NCBI GenBank assembly: GCA_013265495.1
Contig: MU063123.1
Location: 124,001-188,000, forward strand
Direction: 5' to 3'
Length of the DNA stretch: 64,000 nt
Origin: Vicugna vicugna
Lineage: Eukaryota
This document shows positions 24,561 to 36,215 of the stretch, one piece after another. A model generated the notes under the pieces. The model searched no databases, was not told the DNA's origin, and worked only from the letters and a program-made list of their open reading frames with translations. A program made the position numbers and the translations under genes. Within the stretch, counting starts at the first letter, position 1. Each line of letters begins with the position of its first letter.

Positions 24561-24979
24561 AACAAGCGTGGTCGGCTAGATGCCTCATTTGATGGAGCGT
24601 GACTATCCTGAATCTATCTGATTCACCCTCTGAGAAGCAGCAGTGGAGAGAGCTCAGACTCCAAGGCACAGGGAGAAGCCTCAGGGAAGGACCAGCTCCA
24701 GAAGCGAATGTAAGTCCGGGAGTCACACCCCCGCTTAAAGGCACAGCAGGCTGTGTGGGTTTTCTGTGCTTTGTTTAATTACCCGAGTCGCTACAGGCGC
24801 ACTGACTTCCTCAGGAGAGTTGGAGACCCAGGTAGGGATTCCAGCTGAACCACTCATCTCATAACCAGCTCTGCTTCCCCAAATGCCGAGCTGCACAAAC
24901 GGGGACCACGCCCACTCGGCTGAGGCCAATGTTCTGACATTTCAAAACCCAACTCCTCTTCAGTATGACTAAACGAAGA

Positions 24980-25460
24980 TGCAGGCATGACAGTGACTCG
25001 GGCGCCTTATCTTCGGAGAACCCACACTTCTGAGAAAACGGCAAATAGGTCTGCTTTCTCCTTCGAGTGCGTGTGCGGCGAGTCAGGGAACGTGATGAAT
25101 TCTGAGTTCTGTGTGCTTTCCCACAAGGCGAAGGGGGTTGGCTCTGGGTTTTAATTCGCATCTCGGCCTGAATTAATTTGACCTCTGTGGAGAGTCCACG
25201 CAGGCCAGAACCGGCACATTCGGAGCTGCTTTCCCCGCGCCGGGCCCCTGGTCCCCGGAAAGCACTTCCCTGTGGGTGTTTCCAGCCGGAATGGGAATAG
25301 CGTACAAGTCCCAGACTAAGGGTGACACTTTGCGCACCTGGCCCACTGGGTAACCCCCTTACTTCCTGTAACAGCTCTACAACACCATCGTCTCAGGATG
25401 TGATCTGTGGACGGCTGCGTGTGGCCGCTGAGTTCAGGTTTCGATTTACTCTTCATATTT
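24980..25460. promoter_or_regulatory. CpG-retaining candidate enhancer (ETS/RBPJ-type motifs)
   Basis: Many CpGs; GGAA cores at 25255-25260, 25263-25269 (CACTTCC) and 25285-25292; TTTCCCACA at 25117-25125. Confidence 0.4.
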
Positions 25461-25801
25461 GTAATAATCTAGGAATGCGGTTTATGGAATTCGTCAGTTG
25501 CTTATATCTACTTAATTAAAATCCACAGCCCCTCGTTGTTGTCTTATGTGAAGTTATAGCACCACAGCAATAAATTCTGATGAGACCAGTCACTTTAGAA
25601 GGCCAGGGATTATCCGCAGAGCAGATGGCCCATGGATTCTTTCCTCACCGGCAGTAAAATTTTCAGAAGCACCGAAATATGAAAGCACAGTATTAATGTG
25701 ATCATAAATAAACATTCAAAGATGATTATGATAAAAGCCAGAGTGCTATATAGTAAGTTCTCCAGTTACTATAAATCAGGGCATCATAAAATCATAAATC
25801 T

Positions 25802-25890
25802 ATGAATAGATAGATTCATCATACATGCAAGTTTCCTTTTACTAGATTTAAAAGATGAATAGATAGATGAATAGATAGATAGATAAATCG
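25802..25890 (+). repeat. TAGA-type microsatellite carrying a 44-bp copy (25812-25855) of 26685-26728
   Basis: ATGAATAGATAG at 25802-25813, 25855-25866 and 25867-25878 flanks the exact 44-mer. Confidence 0.9.
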
Positions 25891-26099
25891 ATAAACTTGA
25901 CAGGACATATTCAGACTAAGGTTAGGAGTCAGAAGCCTCTGGTGATATTTACCATGTTTACAATCTGAATTTTTTAAAATGTTGCTATAAACCAGAATAT
26001 CATAAATCTGGCAATAAACTTATCTACCTTTCATGTAAGACTTGGAGTCAGAATTCCCCAGTGATAAAAAAAAATTTTTTTCCTACACTTTGTACTTTT

Positions 26100-27280
26100 T
26101 AAATGTCATACCCAAAGTAATTATGCTGAATGTATGTGACAAATGTTTATATGAAACATTGGGGTTAAATTACCCACAGGCCCTCCATTATCCTACCATT
26201 TAAAATGTTTCCAACTTAGTATTACTTTTAATCGTTTTGTTAACATGATTCACCAAGGAATTACTTTTCTTCTGATTGTTTTGAGAGCTTCACGTAATGT
26301 TTTAAGAGTTGCCTAGGATCAAATCCCAGGGTCTGACAAAAAGTTCAGAAGCCTCAATATACTTGCTTGGGTTGGGATGACAAAGCTGTTACTTTAGTAA
26401 GTTTTTTTAAATTCTGGGAAGACACAGAATTAAATATTTTAAATGTTTAAATAAATAAAATATATTAAGATTTTAGCTAAATTTGGAAATAATTTATGTA
26501 TATTTGCTCTATTGAATATTGGAATGTTTAAGAGAAATAAACATTTCAATATGTAACAGAATGTCATTCTAATTTCACTTTTTGTTTCAAAATATGAAAT
26601 TTAGATAATTTTGATTATGATTTTTAAGTTGACAAGTATATTACCAAAGTTCTAAACAACATGGAAAAAGTTCATAAGAGCTTAAGATTCATCATACATG
26701 CAAGTTTCCTTTTACTAGATTTAAAAGAACAACATATGTACTTGGGAAATTTTTGTTTATTAATCGGACAATTGAAGCAGTAAAAAAAGAAATTGACTGT
26801 ATTATTTTTGTAAATACTATTTAAAATATTTAAGAGAATTCAATTTACTCATGAAAAATTTCATAATGTAAGTGGTTGCAGAATGTAGTAGATATATAAA
26901 TAGAATAAAAAGATTTGTAAGTGGAACCTAAAAGCTTAAAATTAGGTTTTTGAACTTGTGAATTTTTAGTTTTAACAAATCAAGTATTAATTTTTAAGTC
27001 TCTGTAACGACCAGAAAATTCAAATTAAGAATTGCAATTTTCAGTGATTTATTAACATTTTCTCTTGTTTTGCTGGGAGTACCTTGAAGATAAGGGTCAA
27101 GTCTCACTAAAATGATAATTTTTTGAATAATATGTTTTTTCTTCGATTGTTTCACCTTTTTATAACTGGATGAGCTCCTTTTATATAAAGAGGATTGTTA
27201 ATATCAATTTTCTTATTTTATTCAGGCAGCTTTTAAGACACTAATGGCCTTGAAGCTAGCTTGTTTTAAAAAACTGAATC
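26100..27280 (-). mobile_element. Possible fossil hAT (Tip100/Zaphod-like) transposase C-terminal region
   Basis: Very AT-rich; minus strand IHKLFPNLAKILIY (26460-26501) resembles the hAT dimerisation-domain motif FPNL..LL.I; other motifs weak. Confidence 0.4.
26685..26728 (+). repeat. Putative donor copy of the 44-bp direct repeat
   Basis: agattcatcatacatgcaagtttccttttactagatttaaaaga, identical to 25812-25855. Confidence 0.95.
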
Positions 27281-27309
27281 TGAAATTCTGGGGAAATATT
27301 TTCTTTATC

Positions 27310-30300
27310 GCTCCACTTTACTGAGATATAATTGACATATAACATTGTGTAAGTTTAAGGTGTACAATGTAATAATTTGATATGTGTATATATTGTGAAA
27401 TACTTACCACAGTAGGTTAGTTTGAATTTTCATCACCTCACATTATTACAATTTTTTGTTGTGGTGAAAACTTAGGATCTGGTCTCTTAAAAGAGCGAAT
27501 TTCAAATACACAATACAGTATTGTTAATTATTGTCTCCCATACATACTTTATTCATCTTTTTTTTAACATTTTATTTTTATTGGTTTTGTTTTGTTTTGG
27601 GGGGAGGGGGTAACTAAGTTTATTTATTTGCTTATTTACTTATTTTAATGGAGGTACTGGGAATTGAACCCAGGACTTTGTGCCTGCTAGGTATGCACTC
27701 TACCACTGAGCTATACACCCCCAATTTATTCATCTTATTACTGTAAGTTTGTGCTCTTGACCACCGTCACCTCTGCCCTAATCTGCCCCTGGCAACAACC
27801 ACCAATCTCCTCTCTGTTTCTATGAGTTTGGATTTTTTGTTTTTTGTTTTTAGATTCCATATATGAGTGAGATCATACACTATTTATCTTTTTCTGTCTG
27901 CCTTATTTCACTTAGCATAATGCCCTCAGGATTCATCCATGTTGTCACAAATGGAAAGATTTCCTTCTTTTTAATGGTTGAACAATATTCCATTGTTGTG
28001 TGAGTTTGTGTGTCTATATATACATATATCATATCTTTATCCACTCATTCATCCATGATCACTTAGGTTGTTTCCATTCCTTGGCTATTATAAACAATTC
28101 AGCAATGAATATGAAGGTGCAGATAGCTTTGACAGACAGTGATTTGATTTCCATTGATGACTTTGCTTTTCACCCAGAAGTGGAATTACTAAATCATATG
28201 GTTGTTCTGTTCTGAATTTTTTGAGAATCTCTTTTCCCCATTGAGTATTCTTGGTTCTCTTGTTAAATATTAATAGACCAGATACACATCCTTTTATTTC
28301 TGGACTGTCTGTTCTGCTCCATTTGTCTATGTGTCTGTTTTTACACCAATATCATACTGTTTTGATTAATACTACTCTGTAATGTAGTTTGAAATCAGGA
28401 AGTGTGATGCCTCCAGCTTTGTCCTCCTTTTTCAGGATTGCCTTATCTATTTGGGGTCTTTGTAATTCCATACAAACATTAGCTTTTTCTATTTCTTTAA
28501 AAGATACTATTGAAATCTTGCTAGGGATTGCATTGAGTCTATAGATGGCTTTGGGTAGTATGGACATTTTTACAATATTAATTCTTCTGACCCATGAACA
28601 CAGAATATCTTTCCATTTATTTGTGTCTTCCTAAATTTCTTTCCTCAAAGTCTGATAGTTTTCAGTGTACAGATCTTTCATTTTCTTGGTTAAATTTACT
28701 CCTAACTATTTCCTTGGTTTTGATGCTATTATGAATGAGATTTTTTTTTAAATCCTATATCAAGTGTTTTATTGTTAGTGTATAGAAATGTAATTGATTT
28801 ATGGATGTTGATTTTGTATGCTTCAGTTTTAATGAATTTGTTGATTATTTCTAACAGGTTTTTTTTTTTTTTGGTGGAGTCTTCTGACTATTTTTGGCTT
28901 AAAGTTTATTTTGTCTGATGTAAGTATAGCTACATCTAGGTGTTTTGTTTTGGTTTGGTTTTTCAGCATTATTTACTTGAAATATCTTTTTCCCATCTTC
29001 ACTTTCTGGCTATGTGCATCCTTAAAGCTGAAATGAGTCTCTTGTGGACAGCATATCATTAAATCTTGTTTTTTTTTTTTTTAAATCCATTTAGCCATTC
29101 TATGTCTTTCAATTAGAGAGTTAATCCATTTATGTTTAAAGTAAATTTTGATAATAAAGACTACTACTACTACTATTGCCATTTTGTTAACTTTTTTTGA
29201 TTGTTTTGTAAATCTTTTGTTCCTTGGTTCCTCTCTTGCTGTCTTCCTTTGTGATCTGATGACTTTTTGGGGCAATATGCTTTGACTCCTTTATCATAGT
29301 GATTTATATGCCTACCATAGGCTTTTCCTTTGTGGTTACCATAAGGCTTACCTAAAATATATTATATTTATAATGTCATATTTTAAACTGATAAAACTTA
29401 ACTTTGATAGCATACAGAAACTTTATACTTTTACTTTTCTCTTCCTCACATTTTAGATTATTGATGTTGTAATTTATATATATTTTAAATTCTGTATCCA
29501 ATAACAAATTATTGTAGTTTTAGTTATTTTTTATATTTTTTTAACTTTTAAACTAAAGTTGTAAGTGAATTACACACCACCATTGCAATATTAGAGAATC
29601 TGACTTTGACTACATATTTGTCACTATCAGTGAGTTTTATACATTCATATGTTTTTATAATGTTAATTAGTACCTTTTTATTTCCACTTGAAGAACATCT
29701 CTTTTAATTTTTGACTTTTGACAGTTTAATTATAAGAAGTCTTAAGTGTGGCCCTTTTCAGTTTCAAATTATGTGGGGTCCTTTGGGTCTCATGAATCTG
29801 GACATCCATATCTGTCCCCAAATTTAGAAAATTTTCAGCTATTGTTACTTTAATTAGACATTCTGTCCCATTCTCTCTCTCTCTTCTCCTTCTGGGATTT
29901 CCATAATGTGTATATTATTTCTTTTACTGATGTCCCATGAGTTCTGTAATCTTTCTTCATTTTTTTTTTATTCTTTTTTCATTTTACTCCTGACTGGATA
30001 ATTTCAAATAGCCTATCTTCTAGTCCACTGATTCTTTATTCTGTTTAGTTAAGTCTGCTATTGAAGCTCTCTGTTGAATTCTTCAGTCACGGTATTCTTC
30101 AGGTGTAGGATTTCTGTTTGGGGTTGGTGTTTTTTGTTGTTGTTTATTTGTTTGTGGTTTCTATTTCCTGTTGAACTTCTTTGGTTTATGCTTTGTTTTC
30201 CTAATTTCATTTAGTTGTCTGTCTGTGTATTCTTGGAGGTCACTGAAGTTCTTTAAGAGGATTATTCTGAATTCTTTGTCACACAGTTTATAGATCTCCA

Positions 30301-31851
30301 TTTCTTTAGGGTCAGTTTTGGAGCTTTATTAGTTTCCTTTGGTGTTGTCATGTTTACTTAATTCTCTATGATCCTTGATTCCTTCCTTTTTGTATTGATG
30401 CATTTGAGCAAGTTGTCTCCTCTTCCAGACTTCGCAGGTTCATTTTGGCTGACTTCACCAGTCAGCTCAGCTTGGGTTACTAGATGAGTCAGCTGGCAGC
30501 ATCTGTGGCCAAATGGGATTTGCTACTGGTATCTTTAGTTGGGAAATGCCACAACCCATGCTCTGGGGTTGGGGGTGTGCCACTCATTGAGTTCTGTGGT
30601 TCCATGGGTCTCCTGGCTGGGATCTGTGTTCAAGCAAGGCCACTGAATGGGCTCCTTGATTGATCAGGCTGGCTGTACTCTGCAGTAGTGTGGGGCCACT
30701 GGCTGGACTCTGTGTTCATGCAGGACCACAGGCAGGGCTTCGCAGTTGGATGGGGCCCTAGGCTGTGCTCTGCAATTAGATGGGGCTTCAGACTGTGCCC
30801 TAAAGTTAGTCATGGCTTCAGGCTGGGCTCTGTGGTTGAAAGGGGACTCCAGATATATTCTCAGTTCGGTGGGGCTAGAAGCTGTAGTCCACAGCTGGGC
30901 AGGGTTGCCATCCAGGCTGTCTGCCTAGGCAGGGCTACAGGTTGTGTTTAGTAATCCAGCCAAGCCAGAGGCTGGGCTGCATGGCTGGATGCTACCATAG
31001 GCTGGGCTCCAAGGCTGCACAGGGCCACTGTTCAGCTCTCTGGCAATGCAGGACTATATCAGAGGTCATATTAACTGTTGAACAGGGCTGCTGGCTTGGC
31101 TCCCTTCCCAAATGGGGCTGTCGGATGGACTGGCTACACAGCTGCCTGAATTCTTTGACCAGGCTTCTTGGTCAGGCAGTACTAGAAGCTATATTCGGCA
31201 GTTGAGTGGTGCTGCAAATTTGATTCCCTACCCAGGTAGAACCATGACCAGTACAGCTCATTAGCTGGGAACCCAAATCAGGCAGAACTGACAACCAGGA
31301 TCTCTACTGTACAAGGACACTGACTTGGCTCTGAAAATGTGCAGAGCCACTGGTGGGATGTCCATTTAGGAGACACTGCAAGCAGAAATGTGATCTACTA
31401 ATATCCGAGTGCTGATTTCTATATGCCCTACCTCCCTTCTCCATCTCTGTCTGATCCCCAGTGGTCAAGCCCTGCAGATTCCTCCAGTAATCCCCAGAAA
31501 GTGAGACCCAGGTGGGCACCCTGGAAAGCATCCTGAAATGTTCAGGGAGCTGGATGTCCACCTTATGAGGCTCTGTTTCTTACACCGGAGAAACTGAGGC
31601 CTGGGGGCCCTCCTGATGGAGCACTGTGCTGGCCTGGGGGAGGGGCAGTGCAGTCAGAGTGTAGCTGCCCCTCTTACCCTTCTGATGTGGTCTTTCTCAG
31701 TTCAGTTCCCCAAGGGGGATGTTTCGGCCTTACTCCTGGGTTCTGGGATTTTCACAATGCTGTCTTGTTTATGGATGGTGGAGAGTTGATCTTTCTATGA
31801 GGGGAACTGAAGTCAGAATGACCTATGTTGTCCTCTTAGTAATATCACTCC
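27310..31851 (-). mobile_element. L1 (L1MA/MB-like), 5'UTR to 3'UTR with internal deletions
   Basis: 3'UTR ~27310-28000; ORF2 C-term ([15 protein letters not shown]...[11 protein letters not shown], 28352-28567); jump to endonuclease region at ~28874; ORF1 ~29700-30400; GC-richer 5'UTR ending ...gtaatatcactccc at ~31851. Confidence 0.9.
27560..27724 (-). mobile_element. Camelid tRNA-derived SINE (Vic-1-like), nested in L1
   Basis: A-box (TAGCTCAGTGG) and B-box (GGTTCAATTCC) on minus strand; A-rich tail; perfect 12-bp TSD TTTATTCATCTT (27548-27559, 27725-27736). Confidence 0.95.
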
Positions 31852-34224
31852 CTCTGAGGAAATATTTTCAATTCAATATACTATAAATATAACTCTTAGC
31901 CCTTGAGACAATGCTGTAGGAACAGTATATATCCTGAAGTCCGTAATAGACATAGAGTCCATGAAGGTTACTTTTATCTAATTTATAACTTCAGTCCATT
32001 ACTAAATTAGGCAAGAACTAGGTTCGTTTTCTCTTCAGTGAAATGCTCCACATAGCTGGTGATTTACACAAATTATATAAGATTTTAAAGTATCAATAAA
32101 TTTTTTTGTGCAGTCAAAAATTTGCTAAGAGGTAGAACCTTTAATTAAGGCATGACCAAATGCACCACTGAAGGTCACCAAAGGGACAGTGAGGCCAGTA
32201 TGCTGCGTGGGGAATAGGAGAGCTCCTACCATCCCATTGCTCATGGAGGCAAAATTCTGGGTCATTTTTGCATGTTCTCTGGGCCACTCTCCCCTACAAT
32301 CAGGGGCTCACATATATGAGGTTTCTAGTTAATTGAACCTTCTGGGGTCACAGAACCAGTGTGGGCAACTGATCAGCCCGCATAGACATCAGACTCATGA
32401 CTTGGGCCTGTGCAATGCTAAACAGCTGGCAGAAAGGCCGCTGCAAGTGCTGGCCACAAGACACGGTCGCAGTGAACAGCAAGGGGTGCCTTAAGCAGCC
32501 TCCCGGAACTGAAGGGCACGGAGCCCATGCTGGGTTCTGTGGGCAGGATGTGTGTAGGGGCCAGCAGCTGCTCCGTGCCAGCACAGGTGGAACAGCTGCA
32601 ATGAATGGGCCAAAGAGCCACCTCAAAGGCACACTGTGCCCAGCTTCACACACATGGCCTTGCTCTGGACAGCTGAGGAGCAGCAGCAGCAGTGGCTGCA
32701 GCGGTAGCAGCAAACAGACCGCCTGACCCAGGCCTCGGTAGGGAGGGACAGAATGACTCCCCATTGTGCAAGGCAGGCCAGCAGGCAGAGCCCACAAAGC
32801 TCTGTCGATAGCAGCTGCAACCACCAGCCAAAAGTGATCTTCACGTGTGAGTGATTCGGACAAGGCTTCTGGTCACAGAGGAGTTCCTTCTCAGCTCAGT
32901 CAGCATGAAGGACATCTCTAAAATCCCACCGGTATCTGTAATGGGTATAGAGGCAATTCTGCTGTTCCTCTTCTGCTCAACTCCATTAGAGTGCTTTCGA
33001 AATCTGCATGGCCCCGTTTCATGGTTAACAACCTCCGATAGGACTCTAGCTATGGTAGCTATCAATTTAAGCAGAGAAAGCCTGGATACATACCTTCCTT
33101 GAGCTCTTCTGCTGTGTAACTCCAACCGCCTGCATTCTTGGTTCTTTCCCCAAAGCCAGGGTCTCCAGGGGGAATAGATATCATAGGTAGATTTGTTTAT
33201 TGTCCTTCTTCCCATCTTATGGGGGATGGTGAGAGTTTGTAGTAACAAGGCATATGGGCATCCCATCACCAAAAACTGACTTAAATTGAATTTTGTTAGT
33301 TCCTTCTAAATGAGTACTCACCCTGCATCTTGGTTGTTGCCTTGTTATTTAAATGAACACTCAAAACTCTAGCCCCTAGTAGTGAACTGCTTGATGTTAG
33401 CTGGAATGCTCAAAGCCCATCAGACAATCTTCTCTCAGTCTTGCCTACTGTGGTCTTCCTGATGTCATCTCCAAGGGTACCAACCACAACTGTAGTTTGG
33501 GACATATTTCTTAGACTGAAGAATTTTGTTTCTAAGTAATTCCAAGTTTGTTTGACTAGACTGACGGTCTTGAGCAGTTTCCCAAGTTTAGAGGTCTCAT
33601 CCACAGTGACCTTGAGGGGAAATTGAGTTGGCTCCCTTGTATACATAATCTTAACCACTACAAGTGAATGTTTAGAGTAGGCTAAGATACTGACGGCTTA
33701 ATGGTATTTAAAAAAAAAATAGCACTAGATGTTTGAAAAGGAAAAACTTCAGCTTCTCCCCAAGGGACTAAGAAAAAATGTATGGGCAAGAAACTAGAGC
33801 TACGTACACAGCGTCTAATATTATTCCACAGCTAGTTTCCCTACTCAGTTTTCATCGCTGTATTTCTCATTGCTGATCCTTTTCTCTTTTAAATTTTTTT
33901 TTCTGTCTTTATTTTAGACCCAACCATCCTCCACCTTTTTCCCTCAGCCTTAATGAGCAGCAATCTGAATGTTTTAGGAATATCTTTCTTTATCTCTTTG
34001 CCTAGTTCACTCTCTGGGGATCCTGATCCTGTTTTGTGAGGAGTAGTTTAGCCTTTTATTAGAACACAGAGGTACAAAACAAACTTCTGTCCTTCAGAAA
34101 TTTTAGATGCAAAGAACAGGTCCCAAGTAGTGAGAGTCAAGTAGCACTTCTCTGGTTTCGTCTTTCCTCTCTTTCTTCTTTCCTCCCCTCCTTCTTTCCT
34201 TCCTTCCTCCCTCCCCCCCATCTT

Positions 34225-34690
34225 TAGTTGAGGTAAACTGTACATAAAATTTACCATTTGAACCATTTTTAAGTGTATAATGCAATGGCATTGAGTACTT
34301 TCATAATGTTGTATAACCATCACTACTGTCTATTTCCAGAACGTTTTCATCACTTGCAACAGAAACACTATAACCACTAGACAATACCTCCCCTCCCCCA
34401 AGCCCCTAATAATCTTCATTCATTCTGTTTCTATGGATTTGCTTATTCTAGGCATCTCATANNNNNNNNNNNNNNNNNNNNNNNNNNNNNNNNNNNNNNN
34501 NNNNNNNNNNNNNNNNNNNNNNNNNNNNNNNNNNNNNNNNNNNNNNNNNNNNNNNNNNNNNNNNNNNNNNNNNNNNNNNNNNNNNNNNNNNNNNNNNNNN
34601 NNNACCACATTCTGTTTATCCACTCATCTGTCATTGGACACTTGGGTTGTTTCTACCTTTTGGCTATTGTGAATAATGCGATTATGTCTG
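34225..34690 (-). mobile_element. L1M 3'UTR fragment spanning a gap
   Basis: tttagttgaggtaaactgtacataaaatttaccatt...ttctgtttctatggatttgcttattctaggcatctcata...ttggctattgtgaataatg. Confidence 0.8.
34462..34603. other. Assembly gap (N run)
   Basis: N bases. Confidence 0.99.
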
Positions 34691-35999
34691 ACTGCTGTTG
34701 AGCAGCTTAGATCTAATAGGTGACAATAGTGTTGGTTTAGAATACTGAGGATTTTCTGAGACATTTTTAAACCAATTAAAAGTATTCCGAGACTTTGCAT
34801 GTATGCAAGTGCCTATTAACTTAGTTTTAGACAACCTTAAATTTCAAAAGCTAGCAAAAAAAAAAAAATCAGAGAACACCATAGAATTTATATCAAGGAT
34901 TCTTAGTTATAATCTCACAACCCCATGGATTTTAGATGCACCCAATATTGTAACAAGAAAAATCCAGACATTATACACAGGCCCAGACTGTTTTACGTGA
35001 CAGTAGGTAAGAGAGAATCATTGTTTTGGTACAAATATGAAGTTTTTTTACCATCCTGTATCCTCAATTTTGTATTCTGTAATGAAATGCACAATTTTTC
35101 ACATCAGAGATGAAATACATATTCATCTTTAGAAATTATGGGTGTCAAAATAACCAAATTTACCAATAAAAATTATCAGTTGGAGTCATTAGATTAAAAA
35201 AAGTTACTATTTCTCAACTCAGAGATTTTCTGTCCTAAAGCCATGTCAGAATCCATCTATCATAAGTCCATACGTAATTTTGTCACACTCCTGACTGCCT
35301 TCTTTACCTAGCCTCTCCCTCTCTCCTCTTCACCCCTCTTCCTATGCCCCATCCCTTCTCCTCCATCCTGAAGTCCTAGCAAATGGGAAGCTATGCGTAT
35401 TTGCCAGGATTTTCTTCCCAACCTGTTAACTCTCCTGTCCAAGAGCTGTAGACACATCTAGGCTCATTCAAAGTCAGAACTGTAACCCAGAAAGCTTCTT
35501 GCTGAGTTCCAGTCAAAGAAAAGTTCCTCTTAGTAGGAGAGTGGGGAGTTTTCTTAGCAGTCTATAACCTCAAGCCTGTTGGTCATGTGGCTCTTGCTAG
35601 AAACATAGCAAACTTTGTGCGGCAGACAATGTGAAAAATGGCGGAAAGTGGCGACGTAAGGGCACTGGGTTCTCAGGCATGAACTTTTCCTCTTAGTTTA
35701 GGGAACTGAAGATAAAATGTGTTAGAGATTGCCTCTCTTGTGGTGACAGGAACCTGACATGGTCCTGTGAACCCTCATGCAGTGGGATTAGCAGTGAAGC
35801 AGGTGGGCAGAGTGCGCGTGGGAGGTCGGAGAGGAACAAGGCCAGTGACATCCAGAATAGGTATCTTATTCCAAAGCTGTGCCTAATTTGGAAGTCACAA
35901 ATCTGATCAAAATTCAGGACCCTCACGCATGTGTTCCCTCCTCTGTGCCCCAGCCCAGGACCATCCTCTATCCATGTCCCTGTCTCTGGCCCCGTTTAG

Positions 36000-36215
36000 T
36001 ATAATCATATGCTAATAACTAACATTATTGAACTGTGATGTTCCAGGCAGTCTTTTACAGCACTTCACAGTAATTCCATGAGAAAGTATATATTTTCATA
36101 CCCAGTTTTATTGATGAGGACACTGAGGCTTGACAAAACTGAGATATGTGTGGTTACACAGCTCTTGAAAGGCAAAGGTAAAATCCAAGCCAGACGTGTC
36201 TCACCCCAGAGCCTA
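36000..36215 (-). mobile_element. MIR
   Basis: aataactaacattattgaac...cccagttttattgatgaggacactgaggct...gtggttacacagct...aaatccaagccag. Confidence 0.6.

Noticed and set aside
32620-32720. MBNL-like retrocopy suggested by AATAAATAAAA
   Set aside because: Flanking residues and CCCH zinc-finger motifs do not match in order; low-complexity similarity only
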